DNA from: a virus
Taxonomy: Duplodnaviria; Caudoviricetes
Direction: 5' to 3' (one strand)
Virus record (IMG/VR): IMGVR_UViG_3300046832_000701
Coordinates: 1-38,390 of that record
DNA length: 38,390 bases
Shown: piece after piece, positions 27,327 to 36,577 of the stretch
Numbering within the stretch: position 1 is the stretch's first letter
How the letters are laid out: every line of letters begins with the position of its first letter
Notes under the pieces: model-generated
Told to the model about the DNA's origin: nothing
Seen by the model: only the letters and a program-made list of their open reading frames with translations
Database searches by the model: none
Made by a program: the position numbers and the translations under genes

Positions 27327-28405
27327 GCGACGAACGCAAAAACCTCCCGTCCGCCTCCTCCATGGAGCGGTACATGCTCTGTGCGGGCTCATTCGCCGCA
27401 GAGCAAGGTCAGCCAGAGCAACCGTCCAGCGATGCCGATTCCGGCAACCGGATCCACGCCGCGCTAGCCGGCGAGACGGTCAACCCGCCGCTGACGGAGG
27501 ACGAGGAGCGGACTGCCGAGGTGTGCAAGGCGCAGGCTGAAGCCCAAATCCTTATCACAATCGGAGACCACCCCGTGATCTACCGAGAGCACCGTGAGTG
27601 GCATATCAGCGAGCGATGGAGCGGGAAGCCTGACGTGGTTGCGTTGAGCGCATGCGGAAAGCGCGCTCTGGTGATCGATTACAAGACCGGCAGGGGAGAG
27701 GTCACGGACGCCATCGGCAACATGCAGCTCCGCGCTCTCGCCGTTCTGGTCTCGGACAACTACTGGGCCGATGAGGTCACAGTCGCCATCGTTCAACCGC
27801 TCGCAGGCCCGGTGTCGACCTGCACCTATGACTCGACCGACTTGGACAGGGCGCGCTCCGAGATCACCGGCATTATCGACGCGATCCACAAAACCGACGC
27901 GCCACGAATCCCAAGCGCCAAGGCGTGCAAGTATTGCCGCGCCAAAGGCGTTTGCCCTGAAGCGCAGAAGCTGGCGACTGACGCGCTGCTGATGGTCTCA
28001 CGCGACGGTCGCAAACTCTCCATCAGCCCTGAGCGCATGGCGGAGTTCCTTGCGCAGATACCGGCCATCGAAGCCGTGGTTGAAGCGGTGCAGGCGAAGG
28101 CAAAGCGGATGCTGGAGGCGGACCCCGCGTCAGTGCCTGGGTGGACGCTCAAACCGGGCGCCGTCCGCGAGTCCATCACCGACCCCGCGCAGGTGTTCGG
28201 CAGATTCGTTGCACTCGGCGGGACGCAAGATCAGTTCATGCCGGTGGTATCGGTCGCCAAGACCAAGCTGTGCGACGCGGTAAAGGTTGTGACCAGCGAG
28301 AAAGGGAAGGCGCTGGATGCTCGCATGGAAGCGATCCTTGCAGGCTGCACCGAGGAGAAGCAGGCTGCGCCTTCGTTGGTGCGGGTGAAGGAGGTGGCAC
28401 CGTGA
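27323..28405 (+). CDS. PD-(D/E)XK exonuclease (Cas4-like/DUF2800-like), RecT partner
   Basis: SASS..RY..C, G..IH, GKPD, IDYKTG, QL..LA and CKYC...C motifs. Confidence 0.85.
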   Translation: MSDERKNLPSASSMERYMLCAGSFAAEQGQPEQPSSDADSGNRIHAALAGETVNPPLTEDEERTAEVCKAQAEAQILITIGDHPVIYREHREWHISERWSGKPDVVALSACGKRALVIDYKTGRGEVTDAIGNMQLRALAVLVSDNYWADEVTVAIVQPLAGPVSTCTYDSTDLDRARSEITGIIDAIHKTDAPRIPSAKACKYCRAKGVCPEAQKLATDALLMVSRDGRKLSISPERMAEFLAQIPAIEAVVEAVQAKAKRMLEADPASVPGWTLKPGAVRESITDPAQVFGRFVALGGTQDQFMPVVSVAKTKLCDAVKVVTSEKGKALDARMEAILAGCTEEKQAAPSLVRVKEVAP

Positions 28406-28629
28406 ACCCCTGCCCATTCTGCGGGGAGTGTTTTACGACGCTCTACAAATACGGCAGCGCCTACGCTTGCCAGACGCTTGTCATCGCGTCCAAGCCGGAC
28501 AGCCGGGCGCATCAGACAAAGGACTGCTTGCGGGGTGAGGTGACGAGGTTGACGAACGAAATCAACGCGCTGCGCACGGTCAACAGGGTGCTGAGGGAGC
28601 GAGTCAAGGCTACGGAGGGTGGACGATGA
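28402..28629 (+). CDS. Small zinc-finger/coiled-coil protein
   Basis: GGAGG RBS, GTG start; CPFC..YAC..C. Confidence 0.6.
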   Translation: MNPCPFCGECFTTLYKYGSAYACQTLVIASKPDSRAHQTKDCLRGEVTRLTNEINALRTVNRVLRERVKATEGGR

Positions 28630-28922
28630 GCGACCATATTCCCGACGCCACGAAAATGGTGTGCCCGCATTGCGGCCTTCCAGAAGAGATCAGGGATAGC
28701 GGTGGCGGAATCTGGTTTGAGTGCGGATCTAAGCACAACGAGCGAAGAAGCGCGTTCTGCAGCGAGCGTGAACCGCTATGGCGCGAACTCACCACCATCC
28801 GCACTGCCAACGCCGCGCTTGTGGAGCGGGTGAAGCGGTTGGAGGAGGCGGGGGATATCATGGCAACTTGGGCGCCACTGGACAGGGTTGTCACGTGGAC
28901 CAAAGCAAAGGCCACCCCATGA
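28626..28922 (+). CDS. Small zinc-finger/coiled-coil protein
   Basis: CPHC..FECGS..C; overlap-coupled. Confidence 0.65.
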   Translation: MSDHIPDATKMVCPHCGLPEEIRDSGGGIWFECGSKHNERRSAFCSEREPLWRELTTIRTANAALVERVKRLEEAGDIMATWAPLDRVVTWTKAKATP

Positions 28923-29287
28923 TCTGCCCACACTGCAACGCGCCGCAGCGCCAAGACTGGTTAAACCAATACACCTGCGGAACCGTCAACACAGCCAGGA
29001 GAACCACCCGCTTTGATCGGTGCTTCAACAACGAGATCGCGCAGTTGAAGGCGAAGGTGGCAAGGTTGGAGGAGGCTCTTGCATCAGGCGTCGCTCTTAT
29101 GCGCGCAACCGATCCGTTCACACTGACTCCGGACTGCGAGAACGACGACGGCATATCTATTCGGCAGATGCATGCCGACTCCCGAGTACATTGGGACGAG
29201 CCGCCAACAGCATGCGAACACATCGCGCTCCATGACGCCGTGCTAACGTTTGGCAGGGCGGTCGCGGAAGCAAAGGCCACCCCATGA
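28919..29287 (+). CDS. Small zinc-finger/coiled-coil protein
   Basis: CPHC..YTCGT..C; ATG 28919 overlaps the upstream stop. Confidence 0.65.
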   Translation: MICPHCNAPQRQDWLNQYTCGTVNTARRTTRFDRCFNNEIAQLKAKVARLEEALASGVALMRATDPFTLTPDCENDDGISIRQMHADSRVHWDEPPTACEHIALHDAVLTFGRAVAEAKATP

Positions 29288-29436
29288 CATGCACCAAACC
29301 CGAAAAGCACTGCCGCTGCGGTGCGTGGGTAGTCACCGAAACCGCGACGTTCCGCGACTATGAATGCGGGTCAACGTGGTGTGAGATTGAAGGCTGGGAA
29401 TTTACCGAAACATGCAAACGGAACAGGGAGGAATGA
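29284..29436 (+). CDS. Small zinc-finger protein (50 aa, not in the ORF track)
   Basis: MTCTKPEKHCRCG...YECGS...TCK; ATGA overlap. Confidence 0.55.
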   Translation: MTCTKPEKHCRCGAWVVTETATFRDYECGSTWCEIEGWEFTETCKRNREE

Positions 29437-29437
29437 A

Positions 29438-29878
29438 ATGAAAACATTGATCGCAGTAGACCCAGGCAAAGGCGGCGGAATCGCCGTCCTAGATCGCGAA
29501 GGCGTCCACCTTCACAACATGCCGGAAAGCCTTGTGGACATTTACGTGATGCTTCGCGAATACGGCGCGGCAAAGGTCATCTTGGAAGAGGTCCCGAAGT
29601 ATTGCGGCGGCAAGCGGCCTGAATCCACGACCTTCGTCCTCGCCCAGAATCTGGGACGCATTGAAGGCATCGTCACGGCCATTGGCTACCCGCTCGTCAG
29701 GGTGCATCCGAAGTCATGGCAGAAGACTTTCAGCGTCTCACGCGACAAGCAGAAGTCCGACCAGTGGAAGCGACGGTTGAAGGCGTTGGCGTGCGAGTTA
29801 TTCCCGCACTTGGACGTGACGCTCAAGACCGCGGACGCGCTGCTTTTGTTGGAGCATGCGAGGAGGAATAACCTGTGA
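29438..29878 (+). CDS. RuvC-like Holliday junction resolvase
   Basis: IAVDPGKGGGIA, ILEE, P..WQK and ADALLL motifs; GGAGG RBS. Confidence 0.85.
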   Translation: MKTLIAVDPGKGGGIAVLDREGVHLHNMPESLVDIYVMLREYGAAKVILEEVPKYCGGKRPESTTFVLAQNLGRIEGIVTAIGYPLVRVHPKSWQKTFSVSRDKQKSDQWKRRLKALACELFPHLDVTLKTADALLLLEHARRNNL

Positions 29879-30068
29879 AACCAATGCAACCGCTGGAGTT
29901 CAGCGTGGACATCCCGAGCGGCATTGAACGGCAACACATCCAAGAACGTGGAAACGACATCCTCGGCGGACGTAAGCCGAAGATTGAAAAGCGCGGGAAG
30001 ATTCAGGTTTTGAAAGGTGGAGGCGTTTGCGCTCCGTCTAAGTGGGAAAAGAGATTTAAGAAAACTGT

Positions 30069-30488
30069 ATGAACGAACTATCATTACAAGAGGCTGCGCT
30101 CGCTTGGGCGCAGGGGAAAAGGGTGGATGCGATGGGGCCAAACCGCGACGTGTGGGGTTTGGTAAAGCCTATTGGAGGCGGAGATTGCTACTGGTCTCCG
30201 GAAATATTCACTCGAACCGACCGCGTGTTTATGTTCCGCCTTGCCCAAGAGCCGCCCGCGAAGAAGTGGCGTGCATGGGGAATTGAAGATGCGCGAGCCA
30301 ATATCGGAAAACTGGTGAAACGCATCCACACAAACAACGCGCAACTCATCGTTGGAATCAAGTGGCCAACTCATGTTGATGTTGGCCAATCCGGGAACAT
30401 GACGGTTGAGTATCTAGCGGAGCATTTCGAGCACTCGACAGACGGCGGAAAAACATGGCTCCCCTGCGGAGTGGAGGTGGAGGCGTGA
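30069..30488 (+). CDS. Hypothetical protein
   Basis: Plausible composition; coupled to ssb. Confidence 0.6.
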   Translation: MNELSLQEAALAWAQGKRVDAMGPNRDVWGLVKPIGGGDCYWSPEIFTRTDRVFMFRLAQEPPAKKWRAWGIEDARANIGKLVKRIHTNNAQLIVGIKWPTHVDVGQSGNMTVEYLAEHFEHSTDGGKTWLPCGVEVEA

Positions 30489-30952
30489 ATCTAAACAGCG
30501 TTCAACTCGCCGGAAACCTCACGCGAGATCCGGAACTGCGACACACCAGCGGAGGTCAAGCCGTCGTCGAAGCGTCCATCGCGATCAATCGCAAGTGGCG
30601 CACCGACGCGGGCGAGGACCGCGAAGAGGTTACGTTTGTCGGCCTCATCATCTGGGGCAAGAGCGCGGAGACGTTCGCCAGGATGATGCAGAAGGGTTGT
30701 GGCGTGTTCGTGCAAGGCAGGCTCACGCAACAGCAGTGGGACGATAAGGCGACGGGTCAGAAGCGAGAGCGCACGAAGGTCACGGTTGATTCGTGGCAGT
30801 ACGTGAGCGGCAAGCGAAAGGATGACGGGCAAAGGCCGGCGCAACGGTCAGAGCCTCGCGTTATGTCCCAAACAACGGCTCCCGCATCCGCGGAGTTCAC
30901 CAAGGCAACCGAGCAACCGCCAGAAAACCCGGATTCGGATATCCCTTTCTAA
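30485..30952 (+). CDS. ssb: Single-stranded DNA-binding protein
   Basis: LNSVQLAGNLTRDPELRHT N-terminus and acidic DSDIPF tail. Confidence 0.95.
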   Translation: MNLNSVQLAGNLTRDPELRHTSGGQAVVEASIAINRKWRTDAGEDREEVTFVGLIIWGKSAETFARMMQKGCGVFVQGRLTQQQWDDKATGQKRERTKVTVDSWQYVSGKRKDDGQRPAQRSEPRVMSQTTAPASAEFTKATEQPPENPDSDIPF

Positions 30953-30997
30953 AACCAAACATTGCGCTAATGCGTTTTAAGGTTTAAGAAAACAGCC

Positions 30998-31579
30998 GTG
31001 AAAAGAACAAAATGGAATGATGCGATGGTTGCCGATCACATCATGCAGAACTACCGGACAACCGGCAAAATGCCAACCGTAACATTCCTGAAGGAAACAG
31101 GGCAGAATGGGCTTTCTGTCCAGATAACCAGAACGGGAGGATTTATTGCGTGGGCCGAACGGCTTGGGCTTTCGCGTGAGCAATCAGACTCTGACACTGG
31201 ATGGGACGGAGAGCGTCAGGTTTGCGAAAAGATCAAGGCTATGGGCTATGTGGTCACAAGGTCTATGGATGTGAAATCTCCATTTGACCTGCTTGTTTCA
31301 GAGGTTGTGCGCGTGGACGTTAAGGCGGCTAAGTTCGCAACCTACGGTCCCTGTTCTGGGTGGTTTTACCGCATCGGCAAGATTCCGCAGGCTGACATCA
31401 TTGCACTTCATCAACTAGACACCGGAGAGACTTACTGGATCCCGTGGGTGATCGTTCCTAGGTCAAACATCACAATCTCCAAAGACGGGGGAAAGTGGGC
31501 TGCTTATCGAGAGGCTGATCGGATCTTGGAAAGAACAGTCAAAGCAAGACTTCAAGAATTCTCCGATTACATGAAATAA
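30998..31579 (+). CDS. PD-(D/E)XK endonuclease with N-terminal DNA-binding region (putative)
   Basis: GE..V, PFDLLV...RVDVK motif. Confidence 0.65.
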   Translation: MKRTKWNDAMVADHIMQNYRTTGKMPTVTFLKETGQNGLSVQITRTGGFIAWAERLGLSREQSDSDTGWDGERQVCEKIKAMGYVVTRSMDVKSPFDLLVSEVVRVDVKAAKFATYGPCSGWFYRIGKIPQADIIALHQLDTGETYWIPWVIVPRSNITISKDGGKWAAYREADRILERTVKARLQEFSDYMK

Positions 31580-31582
31580 CCC

Positions 31583-31903
31583 ATGAGACCCCGAACACCA
31601 AACGCCACCCGCAAGGAAGCCGCACGCCTCGCGAAAGCAGGCCATCGCGTCAAAGACATTGCCGCGAAGCTGGAACTCAAACCTCACCACACGTCCCGCA
31701 TCATCGGGCAGGAGCTTGGCAACCGTCAGCGCAACCGAAGCCGAGCAGGCGAGAACAGCAAGCCGGGACCCGTGAGGCGCCTGGACTTGGAAGATGCCGC
31801 GTTCAAGGCGGACATGCTAAACGGGGGGGCTGAAAGGCTTGTCGCCTCGCTTCGCAAAAAAGGCGCTGGGATACGGTACAGCGGCGAGAGGAGGGTGGCG
31901 TGA
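31583..31903 (+). CDS. HTH protein
   Basis: GHRVKDIAAKLELKPHHTSRII. Confidence 0.65.
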   Translation: MRPRTPNATRKEAARLAKAGHRVKDIAAKLELKPHHTSRIIGQELGNRQRNRSRAGENSKPGPVRRLDLEDAAFKADMLNGGAERLVASLRKKGAGIRYSGERRVA

Positions 31904-32280
31904 CTCTTCCAGAAGACCTCCCATCCCGCGAATACCTCGCGCAGTTTATCCACAAGCCGGACACGTCGGCGCCTAGACGTGGCAAGCAAGGCGTCAGGCT
32001 GACGGATGAAACAATCACCAAGATCCGCCAGCTATCGCGCGAAGGCCACAAGCCGGACGTGATTGCGGTTATGGTCGGGCATCACGAGCGCAGCGTGCGC
32101 TATTACATCCGCAACGCGCCAAAGGCGATGCTGCGGAAGATCCCCTACGCCCAGAAGCGCAAGGCTGGAAGGCTGTTTCGGGCAGGGGCAACGGTGACGG
32201 AGGTAGCGAAGTTCCTTGGGAGGAGTCGCGGTTCCGTCAGGTGGATTAGGAGAAGCATGGGATTTGAAGGAGGGAAATAG
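31900..32280 (+). CDS. Tandem-HTH protein
   Basis: GHKPDVIAVMVGHHERSVRYYI and GATVTEVAKFLGRSRGSVRWI. Confidence 0.7.
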   Translation: MTLPEDLPSREYLAQFIHKPDTSAPRRGKQGVRLTDETITKIRQLSREGHKPDVIAVMVGHHERSVRYYIRNAPKAMLRKIPYAQKRKAGRLFRAGATVTEVAKFLGRSRGSVRWIRRSMGFEGGK

Positions 32281-32282
32281 AT

Positions 32283-34811
32283 ATGAGCGAGAGATATTTG
32301 GAGTTCCTGAAAAGCAAGATTCCGCAGGCTGAGAGCACAGGCTTTGAGCCGACGACACCAGCGCATGAGTCTTTGTTCCCGCATCAGCGGGACATCTGCG
32401 AGTGGGCGTGCCGAGGCGGGCGAAGGGCGATCTTCGCAAACTTCGGGTTGGGCAAGACGCGCATGCACCTACAGATTGCCAAGTGGGTGACAGAGAAAAC
32501 GGGTCAGAGGTACCTGATCGTTGCGCCTCTTGGCGTGCGTCAAGAGTTCACCCGAAGCGATGGCCCTAAGATGGGGCTGGAAATCGAATACGTCCGCACC
32601 AACGAAGAGGCGAAGGCTTCGCAAGCGCGGATCCTCATAACCAACTACGAGCGCGTCAGGGATGGTGATATTGACGTGGCGCAGTTCGCAGGCGCCGGTC
32701 TGGACGAAGCGAGCGTGTTGCGCGGGTTTGGCACGAAGACTTACCAGAGCTTCCTAAGCCTGTTTCGCTCTGTGAAGTACCGCTTTGTCTTCACAGCCAC
32801 GCCATCACCAAACCGATACAAGGAACTTATCCACTACGGCGGATTCCTTGGCATCATGGACACCGGCGAGGCGTTGACGCGGTTCTTTCAACGCGACTCT
32901 TCAGAGGCGAACAACCTCACGCTCTACCCACACATGGAGCGCCAGTTCTGGCTCTGGCTCGCGTCGTGGGCAGTGTTCATCCAGAAGCCGTCGGACCTTG
33001 GGTATTCAGATGTGGGCTACAGCCTGCCAAAGATCCAGGTGCATTGGCACAAGCTGGAAGTTGACCACAAGAAGGCATGGGGTCAGGTGGACTCATGGGG
33101 GCAGGCTCAACTTCTGCGCGACGATGCCGTAGGGTTGAAGGCGGGCGCAGAGATCAAACGGGAATCCATCGACCTGCGAGTCCAGAAGGCGTCCCAGATC
33201 ATCCATGGGCACGATGACGCCAAGCATTGGCTTTTGTGGCATGACTTGGAATCGGAGCGCGAAGCCATCGAGGAGTTGATTCCGCAGGCCAAGACGGTTT
33301 ACGGGAGTCAGGACCTAGAAGAGCGGGAGGACCTGATTTTGTCATTCGGTCGCGGCGAATACCGCATCCTGGCAACCAAGCCGATCATCGCCGGATCAGG
33401 TTGCAACTTTCAACACGCATGCTCTGACGCCATCTTTCTAGGCGTCGGGTACAAGTTCAACGACTTCATCCAAGCCATTCACCGCATCCACCGTTTCCAG
33501 CAGAAGAATACCGTTCACATTCACATCATCTATCTGGATTCTGAATCCCAGATTGCCGAAGTCCTGAAAGAGAAATGGGCGCGCCATGAAGAACTCATGG
33601 AGCGCATGTCCGAAATCCTGCGAAAGAACAAACTTACAACCATCACAACCATGGAACTTATCAGAACCCTAGGCTGCGAGCGCGCCGAGGTGAAGAGCGA
33701 CAATTTCAAATGCGTGCGCAACGATTGCGTTCTGGAGATGGAGGCCATGGAGGAAAACTCCGTGGACATGATTTGCACGTCCATCCCGTTCGGCAATCAA
33801 TACGAGTACAGCCCGAGCTTCAACGACTTCGGGCACAATACCGGGGACGATCCATTCTTTGAGCAGATGGGGCACCTTGTGCCAAACCTGCTTCGCGTGC
33901 TTCGCCCTGGGCGCATTGCCGCGATTCACGTCAAGGACCGGATCCTGTTTGGCAACGTGACTGGCTTTGGTGGGCCTACTGTCAATCCGTTTTCCGACAA
34001 GACAACGGCGGCGTTCACAAAACACGGCTTTGTCCTTCTGGCTCGCATCACAATCGACACGGACGTTGTACGGGAGAACAATCAGACGTACCGCCTAGGA
34101 TGGAGCGAGAACGCCAAGGACGGCACCAAGATGGGCGCGGGCATGCCTGAGTACGTTTTGGTATTCCGCAAGCTGCCATCCGACCTGAGCAACGCCTACG
34201 CGGATACGCCGGTCACCAAGCCTAAGACCGAATACACCCGCGCAAACTGGCAACTGGACGCCGCTGGTCTATGGCGTAGCAGCGGAAACAGGTTGCCGGA
34301 TCCTGACACGCTCAAGCATTTGACACACGAAGACATCATCCGCATCTGGAAGGACTATAGCCTGAAAGGCGGGTACTCATTCGACGAGCATGTCGAGGTG
34401 TGCAAGGCGATGGAGGACTGCGGGAAGCTGCCCGCGTCATTCATGCTCTTCCCTCCGGTGTCGCGTAATAAGGACATCTGGACGGACATCGTGCGCATGA
34501 GGACGCTTAACTCGGAGCAGTCGCGACGGAATCAGGAGATGCACGTTTGCCCGCTCCAGTTGGACATCATCAAGCGGCTTGTCATTCGGTACACCAATCT
34601 TGGCGATACGGTTCTAGATCCGTTTCACGGCATCGGGTCCGTGGGCTATCAGTCGATCCTCCTTGGCCGTAAGGCCGTCGGCGTGGAGTTGAATGAGGAA
34701 TACTGGCGCTGCTCCGTGGGCTACTGCGAGATGGCACAGGTGAAGGCGTACAGCCCAACCCTGTTCGACATGGCCGAGTTCCTGCCGAAGTCGACCGAGG
34801 GCGAGGTTTGA
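32283..34811 (+). CDS. SF2 (SNF2-like) helicase fused to a beta-class N4C/N6A DNA methyltransferase
   Basis: GLGKT, LDEAS, TATP and QAIHRIHRF helicase motifs; TSIPF (motif IV), HVCPLQ and VLDPFHGIGS (motif I) methyltransferase motifs. Confidence 0.9.
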   Translation: MSERYLEFLKSKIPQAESTGFEPTTPAHESLFPHQRDICEWACRGGRRAIFANFGLGKTRMHLQIAKWVTEKTGQRYLIVAPLGVRQEFTRSDGPKMGLEIEYVRTNEEAKASQARILITNYERVRDGDIDVAQFAGAGLDEASVLRGFGTKTYQSFLSLFRSVKYRFVFTATPSPNRYKELIHYGGFLGIMDTGEALTRFFQRDSSEANNLTLYPHMERQFWLWLASWAVFIQKPSDLGYSDVGYSLPKIQVHWHKLEVDHKKAWGQVDSWGQAQLLRDDAVGLKAGAEIKRESIDLRVQKASQIIHGHDDAKHWLLWHDLESEREAIEELIPQAKTVYGSQDLEEREDLILSFGRGEYRILATKPIIAGSGCNFQHACSDAIFLGVGYKFNDFIQAIHRIHRFQQKNTVHIHIIYLDSESQIAEVLKEKWARHEELMERMSEILRKNKLTTITTMELIRTLGCERAEVKSDNFKCVRNDCVLEMEAMEENSVDMICTSIPFGNQYEYSPSFNDFGHNTGDDPFFEQMGHLVPNLLRVLRPGRIAAIHVKDRILFGNVTGFGGPTVNPFSDKTTAAFTKHGFVLLARITIDTDVVRENNQTYRLGWSENAKDGTKMGAGMPEYVLVFRKLPSDLSNAYADTPVTKPKTEYTRANWQLDAAGLWRSSGNRLPDPDTLKHLTHEDIIRIWKDYSLKGGYSFDEHVEVCKAMEDCGKLPASFMLFPPVSRNKDIWTDIVRMRTLNSEQSRRNQEMHVCPLQLDIIKRLVIRYTNLGDTVLDPFHGIGSVGYQSILLGRKAVGVELNEEYWRCSVGYCEMAQVKAYSPTLFDMAEFLPKSTEGEV

Positions 34812-34814
34812 AAA

Positions 34815-35018
34815 CTCCGGTTTGCACATTCCGCCCGCGTAGATAGAAACGCGACGTCAGCGCAAGGTCCTGAGAAGCCGAGCGAAGACCAACGAAAACT
34901 GTAGAATGAACACTTTCCCCGCCCCGTGGCGTAAACCATCGCGTGCTGTTTTCGGGCACCCGCTGCCTTTTTGGCCGCGATTTCTCAGGCGTCACGGCGG
35001 CGGGATTCTTCAAATCAA
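34815..35018 (+). promoter_or_regulatory. Intergenic promoter-like element and structured leader upstream of the HNH/replication operon
   Basis: TTGCAC -35-like hexamer near 34822; long stem about 34918-34931/34990-35004; CCTGAGAA/TTCTCAGG complementarity. Confidence 0.5.
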
Positions 35019-35693
35019 ATGAAAACGAAATGCTTCAAGTGCGGCTCTGAGAACGTCGCGAAGAGGATCAAGCCAACAGCCAAGGCGAAGCTGGCGGAGT
35101 GCGGATTGCCAGTTGTTGAGACGTATTGCGGTAGATGCATTAATGATGCATTCCAATCCGCTGGCAAGCTCAACACCGGACTTGCATTGGAATACAGGAC
35201 GACGGTTGGGGACACAAAGAAGCTGGCGGAGCGGTGCCGTTCAATGGCTCAAAACAAAACTCCGGTTGCATACGAGAAGTTGCACGCCTTGCGGCTTGAG
35301 GTTGCGGCCATGAGAAGGCTTTGCCTCGGTCTTTTGAGGGATTTCGACGAGGCGCGCAGAAGAGCGCAAGAGATGGCGGAGATTGTCGCGCAGGTTCAGG
35401 CTTACATGTCGGAATCGGAGGATTCGGTTCACGCGTTGATCTCAAACTCCTACGAAGCAAGGCGACAGGCCGCCAACAGGTTTACCTCCAACGAGGGTGT
35501 AAGGCGTGCCGTGTTTGAGCGATGCGGGGCGGTCTGCGTTGACTGCGGATCCAAAGGAAGGCTGACCCTTGACCACATCATTCCTGTTGTTGAGGGAGGT
35601 CTGGACGAAATCAGCAATATCCAGGTTCTTTGCCTTCCGTGTAACAGTGCAAAGGGTGGAAGGCTTGAAGCGGTTGGAGGGTTTTCCGCATGA
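35019..35693 (+). CDS. HNH endonuclease with N-terminal zinc-ribbon and coiled coil
   Basis: CVDCG..LTLDHIIP..EGG....NIQVLCLPCNSAKG. Confidence 0.88.
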   Translation: MKTKCFKCGSENVAKRIKPTAKAKLAECGLPVVETYCGRCINDAFQSAGKLNTGLALEYRTTVGDTKKLAERCRSMAQNKTPVAYEKLHALRLEVAAMRRLCLGLLRDFDEARRRAQEMAEIVAQVQAYMSESEDSVHALISNSYEARRQAANRFTSNEGVRRAVFERCGAVCVDCGSKGRLTLDHIIPVVEGGLDEISNIQVLCLPCNSAKGGRLEAVGGFSA

Positions 35694-36577
35694 GCTACAC
35701 CAAGCTATTCCACTCGATCCTCGACTCCTCCGTGTGGCAGGAAAGCCATCAGACGCGGATTGTGTGGGTGACAATGCTTGCCATGGCAGACCAGCATGGA
35801 GAGGTGCAAGCCGCGCTTCCTGGCCTAGCCAAGCGCGCAGGGGTCACCTTGCGTGAGGCGGAGGAAGCGATTGCCACCCTTTCCGCGCCCGACCAGTACA
35901 GCCGGACGCCCGACCACGACGGGCGACGCATCGCCAAGATTGATGGTGGGTGGGAAATCCTGAATCACGCCAAATACAGGCACGCCGCAAGCCTTGAAGA
36001 CCGCAAGGAGAAGGCTGCAGAGAGGGCTAAGCGGTTCAGGGACAAGAACAAGCCGAAAGATGCGCAAACAGGCGTTACCGTGCGTGACGAAGCGTTACCC
36101 GTAACGCCTGATAACGCTCACGTAACGCTTTCAGATGACAAGCAGAAGCAGATACAGATGCAGAAGCAGACAAACAATACCCCCAAACCCCCAAGGGGGC
36201 AGCCTGTAGAGCCTGAATCGTTCATTGCCTTCTGGAACGCCTACCCAAAGAAAGTCTCCAAGCCGCAGGCGTTGAAATCGTGGCTTCGTATTTCACCCAA
36301 CGAAGAAACCGTTGCTCAAATCATCCAGGACGTAACCAAGCGCAAAGTCTCAGAGGACTGGACGAAGGACCAAGGGAAGTACATCCCGAACCCAAGCACC
36401 TACCTCAACAACCAACGGTGGACCGACCTTTTCGAGATCCCCGAGACCAAAGAGACGTTGCACGCCAAACTGACAGCGCACCCCGCAAACCCCAAAGGAA
36501 CCCAATGCACCCACGCCACCGAAGAGGAGAAGACCGATTTCAAGGCGATGCTGGAACGATACAAGGCCATGCCATGA
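35690..36577 (+). CDS. Phage replication initiator
   Basis: N-terminal wHTH-like region; FIAFWNAYPKKVSK..A...W and YIPNPSTYLN..RW motifs; upstream of DnaB; contains iterons. Confidence 0.85.
   Translation: MSYTKLFHSILDSSVWQESHQTRIVWVTMLAMADQHGEVQAALPGLAKRAGVTLREAEEAIATLSAPDQYSRTPDHDGRRIAKIDGGWEILNHAKYRHAASLEDRKEKAAERAKRFRDKNKPKDAQTGVTVRDEALPVTPDNAHVTLSDDKQKQIQMQKQTNNTPKPPRGQPVEPESFIAFWNAYPKKVSKPQALKSWLRISPNEETVAQIIQDVTKRKVSEDWTKDQGKYIPNPSTYLNNQRWTDLFEIPETKETLHAKLTAHPANPKGTQCTHATEEEKTDFKAMLERYKAMP
36072..36172. repeat. Putative replication origin: inverted iterons plus CAGAWR-type hexamer tract
   Basis: GCGTTAC 36072, GCGTGAC 36082, GCGTTAC 36092, then GTAACGC 36101, ATAACGC 36111, GTAACGC 36122; CAGAAGCAGATACAGATGCAGAAGCAGA from 36143. 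Confidence 0.7.

Noticed and set aside
29875-30072. 65-aa ORF between the resolvase and 30069
   Set aside because: Overlap-coupled and possibly real, but it has no interpretable features, so it was left unannotated
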